From contig ML996701.1 in NCBI GenBank assembly GCA_010356995.1, positions 186,001-250,000 of the forward strand: a stretch of DNA of 64,000 nt, read 5' to 3'. Every line of letters starts with the position of its first letter. The stretch's first letter is position 1. The position numbers and the translations under genes were made by a program. Origin of the DNA: Trichodelitschia bisporula. Its lineage: Eukaryota. Of this stretch, positions 35,067 through 46,500 are shown in pieces. Below the pieces are notes generated by a model. It did not search any database, was not told the DNA's origin, and was given only the letters and a program-made list of their open reading frames with translations.

Positions 35067-35268
35067 TGTCATGGTCTCAGCACGTCAGGCCCTGCCAGTG
35101 CGTTGCTGAACCATACTACGTGATGCAGCCGCTCGGTGCCAAGCCCAGGGTCCACTGCTACCCCACACCTGCATTCGAGTTCTAGACCTTTCATGTTTCC
35201 TCTTCATAGCAGTATTTTCAGTCATACACGTACTCAGTATTTTGGTGTCCCAGACGTTGCCCATGACA
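35067..35268 (+). mobile_element. Solo LTR, family B (202 bp) with perfect 5-bp TSD
   Basis: TGTCATGG...CCATGACA flanked by ATCGG on both sides (35062-35066, 35269-35273); homologous to 10357-10559. Confidence 0.92.
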
Positions 35269-35931
35269 ATCGGGCCAAATTAAGCACCTGGGACCCGTGC
35301 TATTGGGCCTAAGACCTTGACCTCTTATTTGACCCGATGCACGCGTGGAAGTTTTTTACATGCCTCTAAAAAAGATTTATGGGCTTAATGAAGCTAGTGG
35401 TCTCATTGGTTTGTATCTTACACAAGTATCAGCTTCTGGGTGCTGTGGAATGGTACATGTGCACGTATGTGCATTTATTCTTGGTTTTAGCTGTGTCGTC
35501 GAACACACCAAATTTTACAAAGTGCTGGTATGAGGCCGGCCAATTTGGATTAGCGATAGGCCATGTAGTGAGGATAGGCGAGAGAGACGAGGATGAATGC
35601 GGTACGCATATGTTCTAAATGTGGGCTCGCATTACATCTAACTGAAGACAATATCTGGGGTGTGTACTGAATTTGTCCTGAAGTGCACCTGATTTCATTG
35701 GCTTTATTTCTTCCAATTATTGACTCCTGATGAACTGGATGGGGAGTTGTGCATGTAATCTATTTATCTCATGTTTTTGCGTGTGTGCATAACGCCTCCC
35801 TTTCCACACTGTGGGAAAATACCACAGCCTCGCGTTCAAAGTGGGCGACAGATGGGGCGGACGGCAGGCCATTGAAATGGCATCTTTCTAATGCGTAAGT
35901 GCACTCAGGGCAACACTACACTATCCCTTGT

Positions 35932-36070
35932 GCTGCGGCCGTCCTCCTTGTCATGCTCAATACTAGCGGACCAATCAGAGCGTGAAGATGTTTTTACAGA
36001 ACCATTCTGTAAAGAAGACCTAGTCTCTAATTGGTCCGCCATTTATGGGGACGCCAGCTAGGACGCCGGG
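35932..36070. mobile_element. Degenerate MITE related to 34789-34932
   Basis: Inverted GGACCAATCAGAG / CTCTAATTGGTCC, right arm GGACGCCAGCTAGGACGCC like the 34.9 kb copy, central hairpin TTTACAGAA-CCA-TTCTGTAAA. Confidence 0.45.
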
Positions 36071-37407
36071 GGTATGGGGGGGGTACGTAATGAAGACATT
36101 CGCAGCCGCCAGACGGCCCGGATAATAATTCATGCAACGCAGATTAGCACAGTGGTGACTGGCTCGGCGAATTGCTGTCTTTGAATTTTGCGGCGAGAGT
36201 TTTGATGCCATTAAGTATTCCGGATTATCGCCCTTGAGGCGTTAAAGAAGATCTCATAAGCGTTTAACTGCCTACTGTTCTCTAGTGGTCTTTAGCCGCA
36301 AAGCAGGAGCTTGGCGGCTTTTAGACGTGTTCATCTGGCGCTTTAGTGATTACTTACTCCAGCGCACCGACGGGTACTTACGTTCAATGACGGCCCGATG
36401 AAGCCGTGGTTGGAGGTGAGCTGCCAGACACTCAAGGAGCTGACCGGAGGAGTTGATAATGACAATCAAGTCCATCACTTGGGGATAATCCCCGATAACG
36501 TGCAATTGTCCCGCTTAATCTAGGCATTGAGAGGTACCTTCCATCCTTTACGGGATGCTAATATGTGCGAAGACGTATATTTCCGCCTCGTCATAGCGCA
36601 ATATTAGGACACGGTGTCTATCCAAGCCCCATTGGATGAAGCGGCGGTCAGCATGTTAAAAACAACAGCGATCAAAGAATACGAGTCCCTAGAAGAATCA
36701 ATTCCCTGTGATTGTCTGCGCGGTTATTCCAATGCCGAAGGAATAGCGAAAGGCAGACGTAGAGACGCAGTCCGGGCATTGGTCAGGATCAGACGAGGCG
36801 GTGATAGTTGATCGCGCGGTAAGGCGCAAGCCAATATCAGTATTAGGAATCCGCTTCGCTAGCAGTAGACGCCAATCCGTCATAGCTATGCTCCTGAAGG
36901 GCTACAAGCATGAAGGCGCGGAGATGGCGATACTTCTGACATCCCGCCGCTGGTGCTCTACGCGTGTGGGCATATCTGTGTCCAGTAGTGAAAACTCAGA
37001 AAAAAAAAATTCATGTCTTCATTTGCCTTCGGGGTGGAATCTCGACAGCAAGTATGGAGCCTCATAGCCGGCCGTGGGTTGAGGTGGTATGCTCAGACCA
37101 CGGTGACATGACCGGAAACATCCAGGACCTGATAGTAAGAGCTCATTTCCCACGGGAAGATAAAAGACAACACCGGGGAGCGATATCAGGAACATGAACA
37201 TAAAGCAAATTCCCAAGATCTCAGACCTTGCCTAGGCATTATCATCTCACAGTAGAGACCTACGACAAAGGAATTGGATGGCACTTGAACAAAAATGGCC
37301 TCGCTTTGTTCGCCATTCACTTCAGACCTAAGCCGCACTAAGTTCATTTACCAAGCTTTAGACAGTACCGACCCTAACACATCGTTAGCAGTACTCCCAG
37401 TACAGCT

Positions 37408-37974
37408 TTAGTCCTCGTACGCATTTATGCCCGCTCTCGCCAGCTTTCTGTTCCGCCAGAACTGAATCGCTCCCCACACTCCCGTAATGAACCAGAGCAC
37501 CGCATTCACCATGTCGACCCAGACCGCATGCTTCATCCGAATCAATGACGGTCCCTCCATCGGCTTATGCCAGCCAGGCTTCGTGACCTTCTGATCCTTT
37601 GCGGTTCGGTAAATTGCAGCGAACAGACCGAACACGATGAGCCAGAGGAGCATGAATATCAGATCCACGAGGAACCAGATGAAGGCCTTGACAGGCCAGA
37701 AGCAGAAGATTGCCAGTGCCGCACTGGCAGAGGCCAAGGACACGGCAAAGATCCACGCCGGGTCCGCGGACGCGCCCAGTTGCCTGGCGCGCGCGATGTC
37801 GACGGTGTAGAGTCCTATGACGGTGACAGCCATGATGATCTGGAAGAAGCGGAGGAACATGCGGACGATGACGCCGAAGAGGCCGAATCTGGAATCTGAG
37901 GCTGCCATCTGGACGTCGTGGTTGAATCGGTTTACCATGGCGGTGTTCGTGTTGGCGGGAGTCGTGGCCGTCAT
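37408..37974 (-). CDS. MARVEL-like four-transmembrane protein (188 aa)
   Basis: Four hydrophobic segments; LRFFQIIMAVTVIGLY, DLIFMLLWLIVFGLF and MKHAVWVDMVNAVLWFIT patterns of fungal MARVEL proteins. Confidence 0.8.
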   Translation of the reverse strand: MTATTPANTNTAMVNRFNHDVQMAASDSRFGLFGVIVRMFLRFFQIIMAVTVIGLYTVDIARARQLGASADPAWIFAVSLASASAALAIFCFWPVKAFIWFLVDLIFMLLWLIVFGLFAAIYRTAKDQKVTKPGWHKPMEGPSLIRMKHAVWVDMVNAVLWFITGVWGAIQFWRNRKLARAGINAYED

Positions 37975-39505
37975 CGGTGTTGGAGCGCTTCGAGGAAATG
38001 GTTGCTTCGAGGAGATGTGGTTCGTGGTGCAGCTTGTCCGTCGTTTCGGTCACCAGCGTAGGGAGGTCGTTGAATCGGAGTTTCGAGGCGTGAAGTGGCA
38101 CGAAAAGATAACAGTCGAGGCCGGGCTTTAAGGTGAGGCGTACGAACAATGAACTCCACCGCTCAGAGGCCCATTGTAAGTAGTCGAACAATGAACATGC
38201 AGTGAATCGCGAAACAATGCCATTGAATTGTCACCGAGGGGACGGCGACAGTGACTGCCGTCGAGAGTTGTTGGCAGTCGGCGCCCAAGCGCACCTCCTT
38301 GCGTCGAAGTCAACACAGGAATGCCCGCCGCCCAAGGCAGAAGGAACGTCCGACGTCCGACGTCATCCACTTGGTCCAATCCCTCTACAAAGTCATAGTT
38401 ACCCAAACAGGATGGGACGTGATATCCTAACAAACCGAAGGCGGCCATCTCCCATCACCCGGACTAAATTACGACCGCATACCGTAGTATGAGCTAGTAT
38501 GCTGGCCATCCCCTTCACACCTCTAGAACTAGTTCTAGGCCTTGCCCCGTCTGAAACCACGGCGACTAGCCCCGCAGTGCAAGGCTGGGCCTGGAAACGC
38601 ACCAGACCTAATGCGGCGCGCCTGCAGTTCCGGCAACGTCTCGTGGGAAAGAGCGGGGGAGCAAGGCTGGAATGTCGTCACCCCCCTTCGCATACTACGG
38701 TACGGTAGCCGGTCAGTACACAGTATCGCCCGTCGGTCGAATGAATGGAGTCAGTAAACGACCTTTGTCTGTTAAGATGACCTATCAGTTCTGTGCTCAA
38801 GGACCTCGCGAACGACGCTCGTTTTCAGCTAGATACCGATACCCGCTTTGCAACACTGTCGCTTGGCGACATTGCAGCAGCGATCCCCCTAACATGTGCA
38901 CTCTCTGCTCTGCCTTACTATTTTTGTCCTGTCAGTCCGGGATCACGCCCACACCCCCAGAACGGTTCTCAACCCCGCTCTCAGCTTGATTCATTTCATA
39001 CCAGGTACTGCGTAACAACAAGGCCACAAGCAAGCGTCAAGGTACAATACGATAAACATGGAGTGTCGTCCCTTGCTCCCCCCTCCCTCCCTCCCTCCCT
39101 CCCTCCCCGTTTCCTTCCCGGGTTCCGCCATGAGCCCTTCTCCCCCACTGGCTCGCCCCGACCCCCGCCCCATCCCGTGTGCTTGTAACCCCGTCTCATG
39201 CCCCCCAGCCATACCCACCCAGCCAAAGACCGAAAAAGAAATACGTATAGGAAAGGTAGAGCCAGGAAGCTCATCACTGAAAGAGTCACACCTCGACACA
39301 GTCCATCTGCAAAAGCAAACAAGTAAATGAGAATAGGGAGGAGGCTCCCCAGCGAAACAAGAATTCAGGCCGCAAGCAAAGGGGGGGTTGAGGGTTTTTT
39401 TGGTCTGTCTGAGCTGGACCGCCCGAATCAAACATGGGACAGGAAACCACATTCCTGGTTTCCGCACCCCCCTCTTCCCCGCTCAATTTCTCCCGCGAAG
39501 CACAC

Positions 39506-42500
39506 TTAAGGAGAGGCCTCGCGCTTCGAACGCTTACTCCGCTCCAGCCACTTGCGCTTCCCGACCCGCGTCTCAAAATGCGGTGCAACTGACGTAACGT
39601 CCTGTCCGGCCGCCACCATGGTGCTGCGCATCTTGTTCCTGTACGCATCCACTTTGAAAAAATTAGTACGGCTACTAATTTGCTTGCGAAAAGTAGAACT
39701 CACAGGAGCGCTGCAGAAACAGCGTCCGGCCCGAAAACACACGGCTCTGGCTCCAGCTCATCCGGTAGCCGAGATCGTTCAGTGTAACCTCCTTGTTGCG
39801 CTTCGTGCGACTCATGCGCGGCACCGGCAGCTTCGCTTCAGACCCATCCATCATTGGCACAGGAACAAGCGTACGCGCAGCAGGAGAGCCCTCATCCTGA
39901 TCATCGACGTCGTCAGGCCAGCGGCCACGGCGCGGGGACGGTGGAGGCGACTGCATCTCCGTTGCAAACCACGACCGCGGGTACACGGAGTTATTCTTGC
40001 GATACGAATCCGGCATTTCGTGCATGCGCACCTGGTCGAGCATGACACGGACGCGGACGCGAGTTCCACGCTGTGCGTCGTCGACGAGGATAAACTTACG
40101 CCGCTTGCCTGGCGGGAGGTCGCCAAATAGGGCAATGTCGCGTTCCTCATCGTCCTCCTTCTTCGACGCGTTCGCATGCGCCGGCGGTGGGTGCGAGTTG
40201 ACGTGACCCATGTCGCCGGCGGCGGGTATCGATGATGTGACCATATTTTGCGACGTCGGGTAAGGTGGGTAAAAGTTATGCCCTGGGCGTACGTCGTTCG
40301 GCGCAGCGTTGGCGCTGCCGTTCGGTGCCTGGTGATGATGCGTGTGCGAGCCGTCGTTGTAGCTGTTGCCGGCTAAACGAGAAAAGATCGAAATTAGCTT
40401 GCAGCACATTGCGAGATGCGATACATCCGCATTTACACGTATGGGGAGATTGTGGCAGTGATATAATAGATCGTGATAAGGGACCCCCGAGCATCACACG
40501 AAGTCGGCGTTCGTGGTTATAGTGTACATATCAAGTACCAAAGAGATGAACAGCTGAAGGGAAAATGTCAAGGAAAGCGTGCAAAGCCGGTTTCTCGTGA
40601 TATATAAACGACACTTGAAGGAAACGAACGCCTGCAGAGGAAAAAAGAAAAGACTGTCATGGTCACATGTGGTTAAACATACCGCTAACTTCGTCGCCCC
40701 CGCCAGGTGCTCCTCCAGGTTGCTCGTGGTGGTGATGGATCAACTGCGAGCCTCCCATGCTCATGCTTGGCTGCCTGGGTCCGGCGGCTGTCAACCCTGC
40801 CTGTGGAACCCCTGCCGAACCAGGACCTCCAGGACCTGCCATATGCGTGGCGCCGCCGTGTTGTGCCTGAACCGTCGTCTTTCTCGTGTTGATTTTGGCC
40901 ATCCGCCGCACGCGCCGACTCCGCAGGCGCGGGTCCTGGTTGCTGTTGCGCCAGCTGTCGACGGCGCGCTGGATGAGACCGCGCTTTCCGCGCAGGCACG
41001 GGTTGAGTTGCGCAAGCGCCCAGCCCACCGTGTTGCACTCCGTCTCATAGTGCAGCCGATTTCCCTTGTACTGCTCTTTCGGGCAGCACGCGCGCGGATA
41101 AACACAATTTTCCGTCTTGAAGTCTTGGGGGAGGGTGTTCACGTCGACCGACTCTACGTCGCAGCGGATCGTATACTCCATCTTGACGCGATCGCGCGAA
41201 TACTCGAATGCGATCCATTGCACGCCGTTTTGGTCTTGCCGCACGACAAGCGGTGTCGTGGCCGGGATGGGACCCGGAGCAGCGTTCGGATTGATGTTCG
41301 AACCTGTAGGAGGGCTCTGGTGAATATTGGTTCCATTTCCGGGGGGTCCAGAAGCGGTGACTGAGGCAGGGCTCATACCAGTTCCCTGGCGTTGAATTTG
41401 GGCCTGTGGCAGCTTCGTGCCCGGGCTCTGGGCCAGAGTGGGAGGAACGGGGTGCGTTGCGTGTTGGCTGAGCTGCTGTCCCTGCTGCTGCGACATGAAG
41501 CCCGTGTTCAACGGGCCCGGCTGCTGGGCCGTTGGATGCGGCCCATAGGGCGACGGCTGCGGAACGCCGTAGGGTTGGTAGGAGTACATCGACGGCGGTG
41601 GCTGCTGCGCGTAGATCGGGCGACCGTGAGGGTCATGTTGAGGAGACTGAACGGATGCGGGCGAGGCGGACTGGGCCGCGTAGTGGTTGGGGAGCGGTGG
41701 GGGAGGGTAGCGCGTATTCATCGTCGCAGTGGCCATTCCCGTAGGGTCTAAAGACTCTGACACGCCTTGTTAGAGAGAAACAGACGTCCGAGGGGGGGAG
41801 GAGCTAAATTGCGAAGGGCACAATAGCACTCACCAGCTGACGAGTAGTTTCCCGAGGCAGCGTTGTTGGCGCTGAACGCTGGAGAGTGCGTGTAGTACGG
41901 AACCTCTGCTTGCGCTTGTCCAGCGGGTCCTGGGAGGTTTTGCACGTAAGGTGAAGGATGCTGAGGCGGAAGACTATGGGGGATATGGGGAGAGGCGTAT
42001 GGACCAGGCGCGGACTGCTGCGGTGCTTGAGACTGATGAGGAGACCCAGGTTGATGCTGCTGCTGGATGACGCTAGAGCGCGGGTGCTGCAGGTGCTGCT
42101 GTTGCTGCGGCTGTTGCTGCTGCGGCGGTGGCAGGCCTTGCTGGGACGAGTGAGGATGATGCTGGACGCGAAATGGTTAGCACAGGATCCTGGTGTATAC
42201 GTGAGGCTAATGGTCTTCGACATTGCGACTTTCGACGCGTTTGCGCCGCGACAGTCAATGGTACAATTAAAGTGATAACGTGGTCAAAAGCGAATGCGCG
42301 CAGCTTCTTCAAATCGCAAAAAACCTGTTGCGCGTCGTGGGGAGCAGTGTGGGGAGAGGAGGGGGGGGGACCAGCGCGAGGGCACGGGGAAGGCGGTACA
42401 TTGCCAGGTGCCTCACCTTTAATGTCGGGTTGGAGTAGGACGGAGGGTATTGATGAGATAGAGGCTGCGATTGTAAGAGGAGAGTCAAAGATCAAAAAGC

Positions 42501-43161
42501 ATGCGCGCAAAGCAATGTTGATTTGGTGATGATGTTTGCGTGGTGTTGTAGTGCTCAGCCTCGAAACGCGTGCATGTACGACACGGGCGCTTCTTGGGCA
42601 ATTGGCAATGTTTACCGCCACGCGAACATGGGATCGCGGAGACAAAAATCAACTGGGGTGGGGTTGAAGGGAAGCTTCAAAGCCAGGCCTACTTGTGAAG
42701 CCTTGAAAGCAAGGGAAAAAGCAGACTGCGGGGTGCGTGTGGTATGTGTGTGTTCGGGTGTATGCAGGGAGCGTGTAAGGTAGATGATGATGGGGGGGGG
42801 GGGGCAAAAAGGCAAAAGAGCCGGGCACCTTGGCAAGAGAGGGCATACCATGTAGCAAGAGACGCGCCTGAACTGGGGTAACGAGGGGTGGGACCCGTTA
42901 TGCGGCGTCAAGCGCAGTGAAAGCTTGCAGTATGCGGCGGATGCATGCGCAGGTGGTGATGAATTGCGAGAAGGGAAGGAAAAAGAAAGGAACTGAGGCG
43001 GCGCGGGGTGCTAGTAACGGAGGGCTTTCTCGCGTTGCGCGCAGGAAGCTGCAGAAATGCGGGAAGCGCAAAGATTTGCAGGTTTGGATTGGGGGAGTTT
43101 GTGTGTGCGATGCGCGCGCAGACGGGGAGGAAGAGTAGGTAAGTGGATTGAGATAGGTGGT

Positions 43162-43196
<35 letters not shown>

Positions 43197-43563
43197 GGTG
43201 GTGATGGTGGAGGATAGAGAGTGGAGGGGTGTGAGGTGGGAGGGGAGGGGAGGCTGGTTGGATGGACTCGTGGGGAAAGGAACTGGGGGTTGTGAGAGAT
43301 GGGGGGTTGATATGGGGAGGGGTGAATAGTGGATAGTAAGTAGGCTGAAAAAGGTGGGAAAGCAGGCAACTGGCAGCGAGTAGGAAGTTGTATGTAGAAT
43401 GTATGTTTGTAGAATGCAAAGCGGGCCGGTTCAAGGAAGGGCAGAGAGTCAGACAGACAGGGAGTCAACTCACCAGGCTATCCGCCACTGGATCCGGCTC
43501 TTCCTTATACCCAGGCGCACCAGGCGGGCTCTTGGCCCCTTCTCGATGAGACGCATGCGACAT
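39506..43563 (-). CDS. Uncharacterised Gln/Pro/His-rich fungal protein with two copies of a conserved domain, about 6 exons
   Basis: Proposed exons 43563-43474 (MSHASHREG...DSL), 42465-42418 (PLSHQYPPSYSNPTLK), 42161-~41834, ~41757-40684, ~40373-39704 and ~39652-39506 (...KRKWLERSKRSKREASP). The exons read in one frame across canonical GT-AG junctions. The first two exons are less certain than the rest. Confidence 0.8.
43164..43194 (+). repeat. Poly-G homopolymer (~31 nt) inside the proposed 1-kb first intron
   Basis: Directly visible; shorter G runs near 42792 and 44240. Confidence 0.9.
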
Positions 43564-46500
43564 TATATTATTATCACTTGAGGCGACTCGTCCGGGGGTG
43601 TGAGGGCGGAAGGTGGAGGTATGGGAAGGGGTGAGAAGAGAAGAGGCGGGGGTGGAGAGGCGGAGGTGGAGGGGTGATTGAGTGGTTAATGAAGAAGATG
43701 GTAGGGGGTGTGAGAGGTGGAAAGTGGATTGGGATTGTCGGTAAGGATGACAGTTATGTTGTCAGTCTTCTCCTCTCTTTTCTCTTCCTCAATACCTCTT
43801 TTCCCGCTTCGTCTTCTTCAGCTTCGCAAGTTTACTCTTTGCTCTCGGTATCTGGGGTTTAGTTTCTTCCAAGCCTATGATCGGGAGAGACTGTCGGACC
43901 GGGACAGGGTTTATTGCGAAGGGGCGGATGAAGGCTAGGCGCGCGCAAGCGCAGGCCGCAAGTACAGGCTGTTGAGGCTGGTGTAGAGATCGGAAAGGCC
44001 TGAGAGAATACGGATGTACTGCGTGTATGTCGTTGGCATTAGAATAGCCGACCCGATTTTACCACCAAGCACGATGTTGGAAAAGTCGTGTTCGAGATGA
44101 AGTCTGAGCGTTTTCTTTTCCTTTCGTTCGACTTGCAGGTTTGTTTGGAAAGAGATGCAAAAGAGAGAGATGCTTGAGCGCGATGGAATTGCCAGGGGGC
44201 GGGGATTGGTGGTGTTTCTTGGAGGGGTGGAGGGATCTTGGGGGGGGGGGAGGGATTGGGTTAATGGCGGCGAGGAAGAGGCGGCGAGGGAAAAGACAGG
44301 CAGCGGGCAGGACAGACTGGGGTGTCGAGTGGAGCGGGGCGCGCGTGGACCTCCTCGGCCCTGTCGAGTGGGATTTTGCTGTGTTTGGTGCTTTCGATGA
44401 TGTTGCTCTCTCTCTCTCTCTCTTTTGGGGGCGATGGATTGCGAATGCACGCGCAATCTGGAGTTGACCGGGGAGACGAGGGGTGGGTGGCCGGGGTGAT
44501 GAGGCTAAGGAACGTTTTGGTGTTGAGCAGGACCGGATAAATTGATGGAAGAGAAGGGCGTAGAAGGGATCTTTTTTGGTAGTTGGACTGGGGTGGGGAA
44601 CGTGTACGGTAGAGAGTGTGAGGGGAGGGATGTGATGTTTGTTGGTGAAGAAGAGCTCGAGGGAGCCGGGGTGGGTGGACGGGGGGGTAGGTAGGGAAGG
44701 GACGACGGATGAGTGGTGGGTTGGTGGGAAGGAAAAAGGCAGGGGCTGCTGATGAGAAGGTAATCGCGAAAGCAACAACCGGAGAGGAAAGCGCGAGTGG
44801 TGTGGGAGGAAAAGAGAAGGAGTGAAGTGAAGACAGGCGCGTGTCGTGCAGGGAAAAACGTCTTGTTTCCTGAGGCCCGACGGGCAACGACGGGCCTAAC
44901 AGCCTTAGGTTCTAGGCCACAATCTCAGTTTTGTCTTCTCGCTCCTCTCGTCGCCCGTCTGGCGCGTCTCTCTGCTTCATTATTCAACGACCACCTCTCG
45001 TCAACTCAAATGTCAGCGTACGCGACACTAACCACGCTAGCACCATCTGGGAGATCGTGATGCGAGCACACACGGACATCAAGAAAAGTGAAGAGTTCAA
45101 AGAACGGTAGGGATTATTATGGAGCCATTTGGAGCCTTACAGCCCGGCCAGGGTGCGGGCGGGCGCATCTCGGGGAGTGGGATGGACGGGAGAAGAGCTG
45201 AGGGGCGGAGAAATACGGTACGGTAGAGAGCCCTTGAGCTTCCCGCTCAGGGCTTGTTGCTTGTGGGCGCGGCGACGGCCGCGGTGGCGCAAGGTGAGCG
45301 GGAAGACGTGATGGTTTGTGGGCGCAAGAGGGAAAGAGAGTGCGACCAGGGGGAAGCTCCCCACTATGTTTTGCTCTCTGATCTCTATTATTTTCACTCC
45401 ACCTCCCACCATGAGCTCTGCTCGGAAAAACTTCTCAATATTCTCCTCCTTTAGATACCGATAGAGCAGCAAGTTTGACGGACCGGAACACATAGGGCAC
45501 AACTAAAGAAGGCCAGGCCTTCGCAGTACGCGATTAACGAAGCTACGACACCAAAACCTCGTCCCTTAATCGCCTTCCTTCTCAGTCCATTTGTCCTCCA
45601 ACACCAACTCGAGCTTCTCGCGACTCCACCCATGCCCCGGCTTGTTCTATCTAACGAAGTACCGTAAATTAGCCTCGAGCTCTAGCTAAACGGTGCCAAA
45701 ACGCCACTCACGACAGTTGCAGGTACCTTCCCTGTAGCTGCTAGCGTCTTCTGCCCACCCTGTTCAACCGTGCAACACGCACGGCACTTCCTTCACCCTC
45801 CATCCCCGTCCCTCCTCTCGTTGCCTTCCCTCCACGCCTCTTCCCCTCAGTGCCCCTCCTCACCCCTCTCCATCAATTCCCCTTACCACGAGTCCTAACC
45901 CAACACCCTGCTCAGGGCGGGGTGGTACATATCTTCTTAGGCTGCTGGGTCTTTTTTGACATCGTCTCTCAACCCCTCTCGAAGAATGCCAAACAAAACG
46001 GCGCCAGATCTCAATCGCGCCTGCTGCACCGCGCTTCGACAAACCGATCTGAATCCTTTCCGAAGCGCCCCGCCGTCCCGTCTCCCCTACGCACATGACG
46101 TGCCCTCTCCGCCATCCTCGGCATCTTCCATCAGAAAAAAGCTCTGCGCGGATTCAGGCGCCGCATCCGCACCACGCAAGAGCACATTTCCCTCGCCTTC
46201 CAAACGTCTTCGGGCTGAGCAGGCAAAGTCAATGCTGTCATGGCCTCACGGCTCCCGTCTGCAGGCGCGGTATGGTTGCCACATTCGGCCCGCATTCAGG
46301 GCTTATCCCTGACCTTGCCCTTGCCCTCTCTGCCGGCGCCTATCAGGGAATACCGGCTAGACCCTTCATCCTTCAGCTTTATTTCTACCCCCACAAGGCG
46401 ACGCCAGCCAGTCCACTAGACTCCCCTGCAAATCTTACAAAACGGGCCCCGCTGCTGCCTACCGGAAGCGCGTCAATCAGCGGAGGTGGTCCCGTATCTT

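Noticed and set aside
36600..36960. Ankyrin-like pseudogene fragment
   Set aside because: Only a vague resemblance across different frames; needs BLASTX.
40579..41364. 261-aa plus-strand ORF and similar antisense ORFs over real genes
   Set aside because: Shadow frames of GC-rich coding sequence on the opposite strand.
42898..44887. Long Pro/Ser/His-rich ORFs of 170-240 aa on the minus strand
   Set aside because: By-products of C/T-rich low-complexity sequence, open in several frames at once.
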